In this document: positions 56,631 through 64,000 of the stretch, in pieces
Layout: the number at the start of each line of letters is the position of its first letter
How positions within the stretch are numbered: the first letter of the stretch is position 1
Assembly: GCA_030583745.1 (NCBI GenBank)
Contig: CP129473.1
Coordinates: 268,551-332,550 of the forward strand
DNA length: 64,000 bases
From: Minisyncoccota bacterium
GTDB lineage: Bacteria > Patescibacteriota > Minisyncoccia > Phycocordibacterales > BOKC01
Direction: 5' to 3'
Position numbers and translations under genes: made by a program
Notes under the pieces: model-generated
What the model was told of the DNA's origin: nothing
The model's database searches: none
Seen by the model: only the letters and a program-made list of their open reading frames with translations

Positions 56631-57167
56631 CTACAATTTCCTAAAGACTAGACCATAATGATGCTCTCCGACATCCGATAACACTCTCTCTAGTACAAAA
56701 CCGTTTCGGGAAAAAATCTCCTTGGCGACTTCCGGAGAAACCACGCGACTTTTCTCCGGCCCAAGATTGCCAAAAGAATCAAGCCAGTCAATAAGATAAA
56801 CTTTGCCTTTACCTGTCTTTAAAATTCTTTTGGTTTCCTGAACAAAACTCTCTTTGTCTTCAATTTGAAAAAAAATGTTTGAAGCGATAGCGACATCAAC
56901 AGAATCATCAACAAGATGTGTCCCGCCCAGCTTTTCAACGTCACCCCAAATTACCTCAATGTTAAAAATCCGTTTTTCTTGCGCGCGTCTTTTCAAGCTT
57001 GTTAAGACATCTTTCTGGATATCAACAGCATAAAGCCGGCCTTTTTCTCCAGCGAGTAAAGCTGCCAAAAGTGAGTATTCCCCAGATCCGCAACCTAAAT
57101 CAACTACGCAAGTTCCGGGCAAAATCTGGAATTTTTCTATATTTTTCTTAGGATTGGTAAAAGGCAT
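56631..57167 (-). CDS. Class I SAM-dependent methyltransferase
   Basis: Motif I VVDLGCGSGEYSL. 178 aa. Confidence 0.7.
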   Translation of the reverse strand: MPFTNPKKNIEKFQILPGTCVVDLGCGSGEYSLLAALLAGEKGRLYAVDIQKDVLTSLKRRAQEKRIFNIEVIWGDVEKLGGTHLVDDSVDVAIASNIFFQIEDKESFVQETKRILKTGKGKVYLIDWLDSFGNLGPEKSRVVSPEVAKEIFSRNGFVLERVLSDVGEHHYGLVFRKL

Positions 57168-57229
57168 TCGGTTTTAATTATACTAAAAAACCAAAAACCG
57201 TCTTTAAATTTATTAACAATAGAAAACTT

Positions 57230-59701
57230 TTACAAGCAAATTGAAGACGCGATTTTGTCACCCTCTCTAAGCTTCATTATTCTAACACCTTGAGTCTGTC
57301 GTCCAAGAGTCGGAATCTCGGAAAGCGCGGTTCTGATGACCTGACCTTTTTGTGAAATAGCAACAATTTCTTCCTCCTCTTCTATAACTTTAGCAGTGAT
57401 AAGTGGTCCGGTCTTTTCAGTAACCTTCGCTGTCTTAATCCCCGACCCACCACGCTTCTGATTTTTGTATTCTTTTAAACTGGTTTTCTTGCCGTAACCA
57501 CCGCGACTGACAACAAGAATTTCCGGATCTTTATATTCTTTCTTTGCGACCTGCATAGCAACAACGACGTCGTTTTTCCCGAGTCTAATGGCCCTGACAC
57601 CGGTTGCCCCTCGCCCCATATCTCGAAAATCAGATTCTTTGAATCTGATTGACTGACCTTTGGAAGAAACAACAACCACATCGTCGCCCACACTAACAAG
57701 CTCAACCGAGACAAGTCTGTCGCCGGACGGTAGTTTGATAGCGATAATTCCGCTTCTTCTGACATCGCTAAAACTCTCGGCTTTGACTTTTTTGGCAGTA
57801 CCACGCTCGGTTATCATAAAAACTGAAAGTTTTGAAACATCCTTGCCTTTCTTCAGAGGTAGAATGGAGGTTATTTTTTCATCGGCTTCAAGCGAAATAA
57901 AGTTCATAACCGACTTGCCACGAGTCGCCCTTCGGCCTTCTGGCAGTTCGTACATTTTAGTCTTGTAGACCTTGCCTTTGTCAGTAAAAAATAAGACGTC
58001 ATCGTGAGTGGAAGCTGTCAAAAGGATTGTTACAAAATCTTCTTCTTTGGTATCCAAATCAATAACGCCGACCCCACCGCGTTTTTGTCTTCTAAATTCT
58101 TCCGGGTTGGTTCTTTTGATATAACCTCCAGCCGTCAGAACTAGAGCATTTTCTTCTTCCGGCACCAAATCTTCAACTGAAAGATTCTTGACTCCGCCCT
58201 TAACGACCTTTGTCCTCCTCTCGTCTCCATGCTTTTCGGCAATTTCTTTGATTTCGTCTTTGATAATTTGCAAAATCATCTTCGGACTGGAAAGAATGGA
58301 TTTTAATTTTTTAATAAGCTCTTGGGTGGTTTTCAAATCCTCTTCTATCTTTTTTCTTTCCAGACCAGCTAATTTCTGAAGGCGCATTTCCAAAATTGCC
58401 GTGGCTTGTATATCAGAAAACTTGAACTCCTGCTTTAGTTTCTTGTGTGCATCCGTAACGTCTTTTGAAGATTTTATAAGCTTGATTATTCGATCTATAT
58501 GATCAAGAGCTTTTTTAAGCCCTAGAAGAATGTGCTCTTTTTCTTCTGCTTTTCTTAAATCATATTCTGTTCTCTTTCGAACAATCACCACTCTGTGTTC
58601 AGCAAATTCTTCAAGCAATCCCTTTAAGGAAAGTGTTTGAGGCACGCCTTTAACCAAGCCGACTGTATTGTAATGGAAAGTTTCTTCCAGTTGGGTGTGT
58701 TTATAGAGATAATTCAAGACATTTTGAGGGTGGGCGGTGTTTTTCAAATCTATTACAACCCTAATGTCTTTTGTTGATTCATCGCGCAAGGCCTTAATAC
58801 CTTCAATTTTTTTCTCGCGAACCATGTCAGCAATCTTCATTATTAAGTCGGCCTTATTGACGCGATAAGGAATTGAAGAAATGATAATCTGCGACTGGCC
58901 GGTTTTGTTTTCAACAATTTCCGCTTCGCCTCGAACAATCACCCCGCCTCGGCCGGTGGCATAAGCATGATGAATATCTTTTTCGTTGAAAATAACTCCG
59001 CCTGTTGGAAAATCAGGCCCCTTAACAAATTTCAAAAGATCTTCGGTTGTTGCATCTTTGTTGTCAATTAAATAAATGGCCGCCTCTGCTACTTCCCGCA
59101 AATTATGTGGCGGGATATTGGTCGCCATGCCAACAGCAATGCCAAGCGTACCGTTTAAAAGCAAATTCGGCGCGGCGGCCGGCAAAACAGTCGGCTCTTG
59201 CCTTGTGCCTTCGTAATTCGGCCTCCATTCAACCGTCTCTTTTTCCAAATCGCGTAAAAGCTCGCCGGCGATTCTAGACATTTTGGCTTCGGTATATCTT
59301 GGTGCCGCAGCGTTGTCGCCATCAATTGAGCCAAAATTTCCTTGGCCGATAATCAACGGGTAGCGCATAACAAAGGGTTGTGCCATTTTCACCAACGCTT
59401 CATAGACAGCAGTATCGCCGTGAGGATGATAATTACCAGTTACATCTCCAGTAATTTTGGCTGACTTTCTAGTCTTGGCACCAGCTGAAAGACCGATCTC
59501 ATGCATAGCGTAAAGAATTCTCCTTTGGACCGGCTTTAGGCCGTCTCGCACGTCCGGCAAAGCGCGCGCGGTAATAACCGACATCGCATAATCCAAATAC
59601 GATTCTTTCATCTCCAAAGTTATATCGCGAGAAATAATTCCGGAGTTTTCTGCTCTTAAATCATCTTGTAATCCTTTTTTTTCTGGCTTTTCTTTTGGCA
59701 T
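57230..59701 (-). CDS. gyrA: DNA gyrase subunit A
   Basis: [16 protein letters not shown], active-site [10 protein letters not shown], and C-terminal beta-pinwheel repeats. Confidence 0.9.
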   Translation of the reverse strand: MPKEKPEKKGLQDDLRAENSGIISRDITLEMKESYLDYAMSVITARALPDVRDGLKPVQRRILYAMHEIGLSAGAKTRKSAKITGDVTGNYHPHGDTAVYEALVKMAQPFVMRYPLIIGQGNFGSIDGDNAAAPRYTEAKMSRIAGELLRDLEKETVEWRPNYEGTRQEPTVLPAAAPNLLLNGTLGIAVGMATNIPPHNLREVAEAAIYLIDNKDATTEDLLKFVKGPDFPTGGVIFNEKDIHHAYATGRGGVIVRGEAEIVENKTGQSQIIISSIPYRVNKADLIMKIADMVREKKIEGIKALRDESTKDIRVVIDLKNTAHPQNVLNYLYKHTQLEETFHYNTVGLVKGVPQTLSLKGLLEEFAEHRVVIVRKRTEYDLRKAEEKEHILLGLKKALDHIDRIIKLIKSSKDVTDAHKKLKQEFKFSDIQATAILEMRLQKLAGLERKKIEEDLKTTQELIKKLKSILSSPKMILQIIKDEIKEIAEKHGDERRTKVVKGGVKNLSVEDLVPEEENALVLTAGGYIKRTNPEEFRRQKRGGVGVIDLDTKEEDFVTILLTASTHDDVLFFTDKGKVYKTKMYELPEGRRATRGKSVMNFISLEADEKITSILPLKKGKDVSKLSVFMITERGTAKKVKAESFSDVRRSGIIAIKLPSGDRLVSVELVSVGDDVVVVSSKGQSIRFKESDFRDMGRGATGVRAIRLGKNDVVVAMQVAKKEYKDPEILVVSRGGYGKKTSLKEYKNQKRGGSGIKTAKVTEKTGPLITAKVIEEEEEIVAISQKGQVIRTALSEIPTLGRQTQGVRIMKLREGDKIASSICL

Positions 59702-59718
59702 AAAATCACTTAAAGTTT

Positions 59719-60117
59719 TTAATCAAGGACAATGACTTGACTGTCATCAAGACTTTTCTCTTCTGTTGTCGAAACACTCTTTTCAATTTCCTCAAAAACC
59801 TCGGCTTGCTTAGCAAAAAAGTCAGTCATAGCCGATTTTAAGGAAGCAAAGTTTTGCTTGGGAATTTCAAAAGTCTGGCTGAAATTTTTCCGTAACGTTG
59901 AGAAAGGTGTATTACCATACTCGCTCTCTTTTGCTTTGGCCAAGGATTCGTTTTGAGACCGAAAGTCTATTATCCAGAAAGAAAATATTACTAGGGTTAT
60001 AAAAAAAGAAATAACAAAAGCGATGGTTTTCTTTTGCCGTTGCGAACTGTTTGCAATCTTTCCAAAAAAATCTTCGTTCATTTTTAAGAAAATAAAATTA
60101 ACCTTGAGATAAGACAA
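59719..60117 (-). CDS. Hypothetical membrane-anchored protein
   Basis: 132 aa with one TM helix. No motif. Confidence 0.35.
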   Translation of the reverse strand: MSYLKVNFIFLKMNEDFFGKIANSSQRQKKTIAFVISFFITLVIFSFWIIDFRSQNESLAKAKESEYGNTPFSTLRKNFSQTFEIPKQNFASLKSAMTDFFAKQAEVFEEIEKSVSTTEEKSLDDSQVIVLD

Positions 60118-60733
60118 CGATCTCGCCCTGCTTACCGACTAAATCTTTTTTCCTCAAAGACAGCTTTTCAACCGGCTTCAAATTTTCCTCTCCACCTTCT
60201 TTCAAAAAGGTCTTCAAAGAATTTTTGTCGCCATTGAAATTGAAATGGATCGGAATAATTATTTTTGATTCCAGTCCGACTGCTGTCTTATAAGCTTCAG
60301 CGGCGCTTAACACGCCATCCCCGCCAATCGGTATAAAAAGTATATCAACTTCTTCTTCTAAAGCGTTGAGGTGGTCTTTTATATTTTCAGAACTTATGGC
60401 ACCAAGGAAACAAATCGACGTCTCTTCCAAAATCACGTTATAAAATGTATTTGGGCGTTTTTTATTTTTATAAGAAGAAAAAGACGGAAAACCGCGAACA
60501 AAGACTCCTCTGAATTCATATTCTCCGGGTCCATTTATGACAAAAGGTTCCTTCTCCCCTCTCGCCAACGATTGCCAACCGTTAAAATCGGGGTCATTCA
60601 AACTGATAAAAGCCATATCGGCGCCAAAGGACGACGATTTGTAGTCGGAAGATTTGGAAACAGGGTTAAAAGCAATCGTAATGTCACCAAAGGTTATTTT
60701 GACAAATTCTAAACCGTGGTAAGTGATTACCAT
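60098..60733 (-). CDS. Metallo-beta-lactamase-fold hydrolase (Lactamase_B_3/UlaG-like)
   Basis: MVITYHGLEFVKITFGDITIAFNP… and …GGDGVLSAAEAYKTAVGLESKIIIPIHF. Confidence 0.55.
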   Translation of the reverse strand: MVITYHGLEFVKITFGDITIAFNPVSKSSDYKSSSFGADMAFISLNDPDFNGWQSLARGEKEPFVINGPGEYEFRGVFVRGFPSFSSYKNKKRPNTFYNVILEETSICFLGAISSENIKDHLNALEEEVDILFIPIGGDGVLSAAEAYKTAVGLESKIIIPIHFNFNGDKNSLKTFLKEGGEENLKPVEKLSLRKKDLVGKQGEIVVLSQG

Positions 60734-60852
60734 GCTTAAATTATAGCATACCGCTATTTTAAAATACAGATAGAAAGGCCTAATTTTATCTTTTGACACA
60801 AATTAAATAATCAATATAATGGTATAACTTGTCCCAAAAAGACATATAAAAA

Positions 60853-62055
60853 ATGACCCAAACAGCCACTTTAGAATTAGAGAGAGAAGAAACATCAGAA
60901 GGCAAGACTAGGAAATCGGTTTCCGAGGAAAATTCTATTGGAGACGATGATAAGTCATTGACCAGCAAATTCATAAGCGAAATCTCAAACCCGCCGGCTG
61001 TTGGTGACCTTGTCGATGGCCAGGTTATAGACGTCTATAAAAATTCAGTTTTTGTTGATCTCCAACCGTTCGGCACAGGAATCATTTACGGCCGAGAATT
61101 CAATATCGCAAGAGACATCATCAAAAATGTCAGTCCTGGGGACAACATCAGCGGAAAAATAATAGACCTTGAAGAAAAAGATGGTTATTTTGAAATTTCA
61201 TTAAAAGAAGCTAGGCAAGCAAAAGTTTGGAGCGAAGCTGAAGAAGCTATAAAAAGTAAGAGTATTTTTGAGCTCGTTGTGCAAGAGGCAAACAAAGGTG
61301 GCTTAATGCTGACCTGGCAGGGAGTAATCGGATTTCTACCAGCTTCCCAGCTTAATTCTGAACATTATCCGCGCGTTGCAGATGGCGACAAAGACAGGAT
61401 TCTTGAAGAATTGAAAAAAATGGTTGGTCAGAAACTTTCCGTCTCAATCATCAACGCCTCGCCGAAAGAAGGAAAATTGATTTTTTCTGAAAAAAGTCCA
61501 GAGTTGAAAAAGAAGATAAAGATTATAGAAAAATATTCAGTCGGCGACGAAGTTGAAGGAGAAATTACCGGAGTTGTTGATTTCGGAGCTTTCGTTAAAG
61601 TTGAAGAAGGTCTTGAAGGGTTAGTACACATTTCAGAAATGGATTGGGGTTTGGTTGAAGATCCAAAACAAATGTTTAAGGTCGGTGAAAAAGTCCGAGT
61701 TAAAATCATTGAGGTCAAAGACGAAAAAATATCACTTTCAATCAAGGCCCTAAAAAAGAACCCTTGGACCGAAGCCGAGAAAAAATACAAAAAAGACGAC
61801 ATTGCCACCGGAGTTGTCATCAAATTCAACAAGCACGGAGCTTTGGCTTCAATTGAAGAAGGGGTGGCCGGCTTGGTGCATATCTCCGAATTCGGCAATG
61901 AATCAAAACTCCGCGAAAAATTATCTTTAGGCAACAGCTATAAATTCAAAATCACTCTGTTTGAACCAAAAGAACAAAAAATGACTCTCTCTTATATGGA
62001 AGCGCATCCGGAAGAAAAGCCGGCCACAAAAGATACGGTAACAGCTAAAGAATAA
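60853..62055 (+). CDS. rpsA: 30S ribosomal protein S1 (four S1 domains)
   Basis: Repeated OB-fold S1 motifs (GDLVDGQVIDV…, GDEVEGEITGVVDFGAFVKV…, GVVIKFNKHGALASI…). Confidence 0.8.
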   Translation: MTQTATLELEREETSEGKTRKSVSEENSIGDDDKSLTSKFISEISNPPAVGDLVDGQVIDVYKNSVFVDLQPFGTGIIYGREFNIARDIIKNVSPGDNISGKIIDLEEKDGYFEISLKEARQAKVWSEAEEAIKSKSIFELVVQEANKGGLMLTWQGVIGFLPASQLNSEHYPRVADGDKDRILEELKKMVGQKLSVSIINASPKEGKLIFSEKSPELKKKIKIIEKYSVGDEVEGEITGVVDFGAFVKVEEGLEGLVHISEMDWGLVEDPKQMFKVGEKVRVKIIEVKDEKISLSIKALKKNPWTEAEKKYKKDDIATGVVIKFNKHGALASIEEGVAGLVHISEFGNESKLREKLSLGNSYKFKITLFEPKEQKMTLSYMEAHPEEKPATKDTVTAKE

Positions 62056-62065
62056 AATTTTATTT

Positions 62066-62656
62066 CTAATTCCACTTCCCCATTGCTTTCGGGAGACCTT
62101 CGGAAATTATATCTTCAATCGCCAAAACTGATTTTTTTGAAATTTTTTTCAGCTCATCAATTTCTGGTTTTCGAAATTTTCCTAAAATAAAATCAATTAC
62201 CGCTTTTTCACCTTGCGGTTTTTTCAGTTTCCCGCTCGGAGTCTGTGGAGATATGCCGATTCTCAATCTACCGAACTCTCTGGTTTTCAAACTTCTCTCA
62301 ATTGATTCAATCCCCCTGTGGCCGCCAGCTCCCCGATTGAAAGAAATTTTCATTTTACCCAACGGCAAATCCAAATCATCGTAAATAACAATCAGGTCTC
62401 GAGCTTTTTTGACTGAAGTCACAAAAGAAGCGGCAGAGATACCAGATTTATTCATAAAAGTTTCTGGTTTGATTAAAAGAACTTCGGTTTTTCCGATTTT
62501 ACCTTTTGAAATCAGGGATTTGGACTTCTTATCAATTTTCCATTCGGGAAATTTTGCCGAACGATGAAAAAAATCGACAACCATCCTTCCAGTGTTGTGC
62601 CGAGTCTCCTCATACTCTTCGCCGGGATTACCCAAACCAATTATATAAATCATCAA
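62066..62656 (-). CDS. pth: Peptidyl-tRNA hydrolase
   Basis: MIYIIGLGNPGEEYEETRHNTGRMVVD… with the catalytic His region. Confidence 0.85.
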   Translation of the reverse strand: MMIYIIGLGNPGEEYEETRHNTGRMVVDFFHRSAKFPEWKIDKKSKSLISKGKIGKTEVLLIKPETFMNKSGISAASFVTSVKKARDLIVIYDDLDLPLGKMKISFNRGAGGHRGIESIERSLKTREFGRLRIGISPQTPSGKLKKPQGEKAVIDFILGKFRKPEIDELKKISKKSVLAIEDIISEGLPKAMGKWN

Positions 62657-62733
62657 ATATAGAATACTTGAAAAAGTTAAAATCTCAAATTAAAAAAATG
62701 AATTTTAACCACTAGAAAAACCAAGAGGGCTGA

Positions 62734-63375
62734 ATGTTTATGTCAGACTCGGCACTCGAGCTTGCGTTATTTTTTTATTCGTATAAAATGGTCTGCAAGA
62801 TGACGGAAGAAACTCCTCAAGTACATAAAAAAAGCGGTTTTTTTAAAGAGTTAGTGAAGTTTACCTTAATCGCTTTCCTCATCGTTGTCCCTTTCAGGAT
62901 ATTTATCGCCCAACCATTCATAGTTAATGGTGCCTCCATGGAACCAACCTTTCATCCGGGTGAATATTTGATTGTAGATCAGCTAACTTACAAGGCGTTT
63001 AGCCAGCCAAAGCGTGGAGAAGTCATAATTTTCCGCTATCCGCAAGACACTACAAAATTTTTTATTAAAAGGGTTGTTGGTCTGCCCGGAGAAACTATCG
63101 AAATCAGAGGAGAAAATATCAGAATCAGCAATTCTGATTTTCCTGAAGGATTTCTCCTTGACGAAGATTATCTTTCATTCAGAAAACAAGACAACTTAAA
63201 AACAAAATTAAAAAGCGACGAGTATTTTGTAATGGGAGACAACCGACCCCAAAGCTCCGACTCAAGAATCTGGGGTCCATTAAAAGAAGAACTGATAATC
63301 GGTCGACCGCTTGTCCGACTGTTTCCAGTCAACCGGCTTCAGTTCCTACCTGGAAGTTTCAGTTTTCAACGATAA
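62734..63375 (+). CDS. lepB: Signal peptidase I
   Basis: Box B GASMEPT and box E YFVMGDNRPQSSDSRIWG. The true start may be the ATG at ~62800. Confidence 0.8.
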   Translation: MFMSDSALELALFFYSYKMVCKMTEETPQVHKKSGFFKELVKFTLIAFLIVVPFRIFIAQPFIVNGASMEPTFHPGEYLIVDQLTYKAFSQPKRGEVIIFRYPQDTTKFFIKRVVGLPGETIEIRGENIRISNSDFPEGFLLDEDYLSFRKQDNLKTKLKSDEYFVMGDNRPQSSDSRIWGPLKEELIIGRPLVRLFPVNRLQFLPGSFSFQR

Positions 63376-63395
63376 ATAAACAAAAATGTCATCCA

Positions 63396-64000
63396 CCAAA
63401 ATAAACAAAAAAAATAGTTTGATTTTGGAGGAAATAGACAAAGCCCTTGAAACGGCGATGTTTTACGGTTTCGTGCCAATCAAGAAACCGAGAGTAACTA
63501 AAGAAGATTCGGTATTATCCGGAGATTGCAATGATTGCATCGCTGAGCCAGAAATAGGAAGCGAAATGGAGAGGAGTCACAGACTGGAGAACAAAATCAG
63601 AATCTTAAGAAGTTATCTTGACGGGCACTTTCAGAAACTCCCGTCGCCGACAATGGTCTGCTATAAAGAAACAGTGGGCAAACAAAACACCGAGTCTGTT
63701 CTAAACCTTTTGATTTTAGGTCAACTTGAGAGTATCGCAGAGGCGATTGCTATAAAAACCGCCACATCCCTTTTATCTCAACATGCTCAAAATCTGAAAG
63801 TTGAGATAAATCATATCGGCGATCGAGAGTGTTTTACTAAATTTGAAAAAGATTTCTTCGGTCATTTGAAAAAAAATCTGGACAATACGCCGGGCAACCA
63901 AATACAAGACTCCAACATAAACAGGGTCTATAGAAAATATAAAGAAAACGAAAATCTCAAGAGCTTCTGGAATAGCGCCCCAAAACCACTCGATTATTTA
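63396..64000 (+). CDS. Histidyl-tRNA synthetase-like protein (HisS/HisZ family), 3'-truncated by window edge
   Basis: …LKVEINHIGDRECFTKFEKDFFGHLKKNLD…APKPLDYL parallels the HisRS LELNSIGS…Y…LGDYL region. The N-terminus is divergent. Confidence 0.4.

Noticed and set aside
1-64000. CRISPR arrays, IS elements/transposases, reverse transcriptases (DGR), toxin-antitoxin pairs
   Set aside because: I scanned for regularly spaced short direct repeats and for characteristic DDE/RT/HEPN-type ORFs. The only regular repeats are the coding 12-mer array and the tRNA-fragment array. No transposase or RT ORF is present.

Overview
This 64-kb window looks like low-GC (~35-40%) chromosome from a small-genome bacterium, most likely Candidate Phyla Radiation / Patescibacteria. 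The genes are short and tightly packed with overlapping stop/start codons, and several known CPR-type genes are present. The backbone is housekeeping: dnaK(partial)-dnaJ, trpS, aspS, scpA, scpB, a minimal cell-wall cluster (D-Ala-D-Ala carboxypeptidase, mraY, ftsW, murG), gltX, an M23 peptidase, a XerC/D-type recombinase, rpmA, rplI, ctpA, cysS, dnaB, recR, topA, rel/spoT, parB, miaA, alr, clpB, infB, rbfA, gyrA, rpsA, pth and lepB. There are eight tRNA genes: Leu-CAA, Trp-CCA, Tyr-GTA, and a Cys-GCA / Leu-TAA / Lys-CTT / Leu-TAG cluster. The track missed rpmG (L33, 52 aa) at 37799-37957(-) because of its 60-aa cutoff. Several accessory features stand out.
- A ~300-bp module rich in palindromes is present as two inverted copies, at 38066-38368 and 47128-47416, bracketing an 8.8-kb housekeeping segment. 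Each copy sits between the stop codon of a gene and a downstream tRNA or r-protein transcription unit.
- A ~4.5-kb high-GC island (48011-52478, about 62% GC in one spot count) lies directly 3' of the tRNA cluster. It encodes four unrelated secreted or membrane proteins, each followed by a GC-rich terminator.
- A smaller high-GC cassette lies 3' of tRNA-Tyr, and further high-GC ORFan cassettes occur at ~16.1-16.9, 21.8-22.3 and 25.1-25.9 kb.
- Three tandem copies of the 5' part of tRNA-Lys precede the intact gene.
- Seven tandem paralogous small pilin-like genes (TrbC/VirB2-like, as in CPR T4SS pilins) sit next to an SBP-like gene.
- A membrane protein gene contains sixteen 12-nt tandem repeats that encode GL(V/G/S)F tetrapeptides.
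- A 137-bp GC-rich insert after topA is flanked by a ~70-bp direct duplication of the topA 3' end.
- A copper-related pair (a CopD-like/cupredoxin/beta-propeller fusion plus a small cupredoxin) is present.
- An HTH / homing-endonuclease-like gene is inserted between rpmG and tRNA-Trp.
No CRISPR array, transposase or reverse transcriptase was seen.
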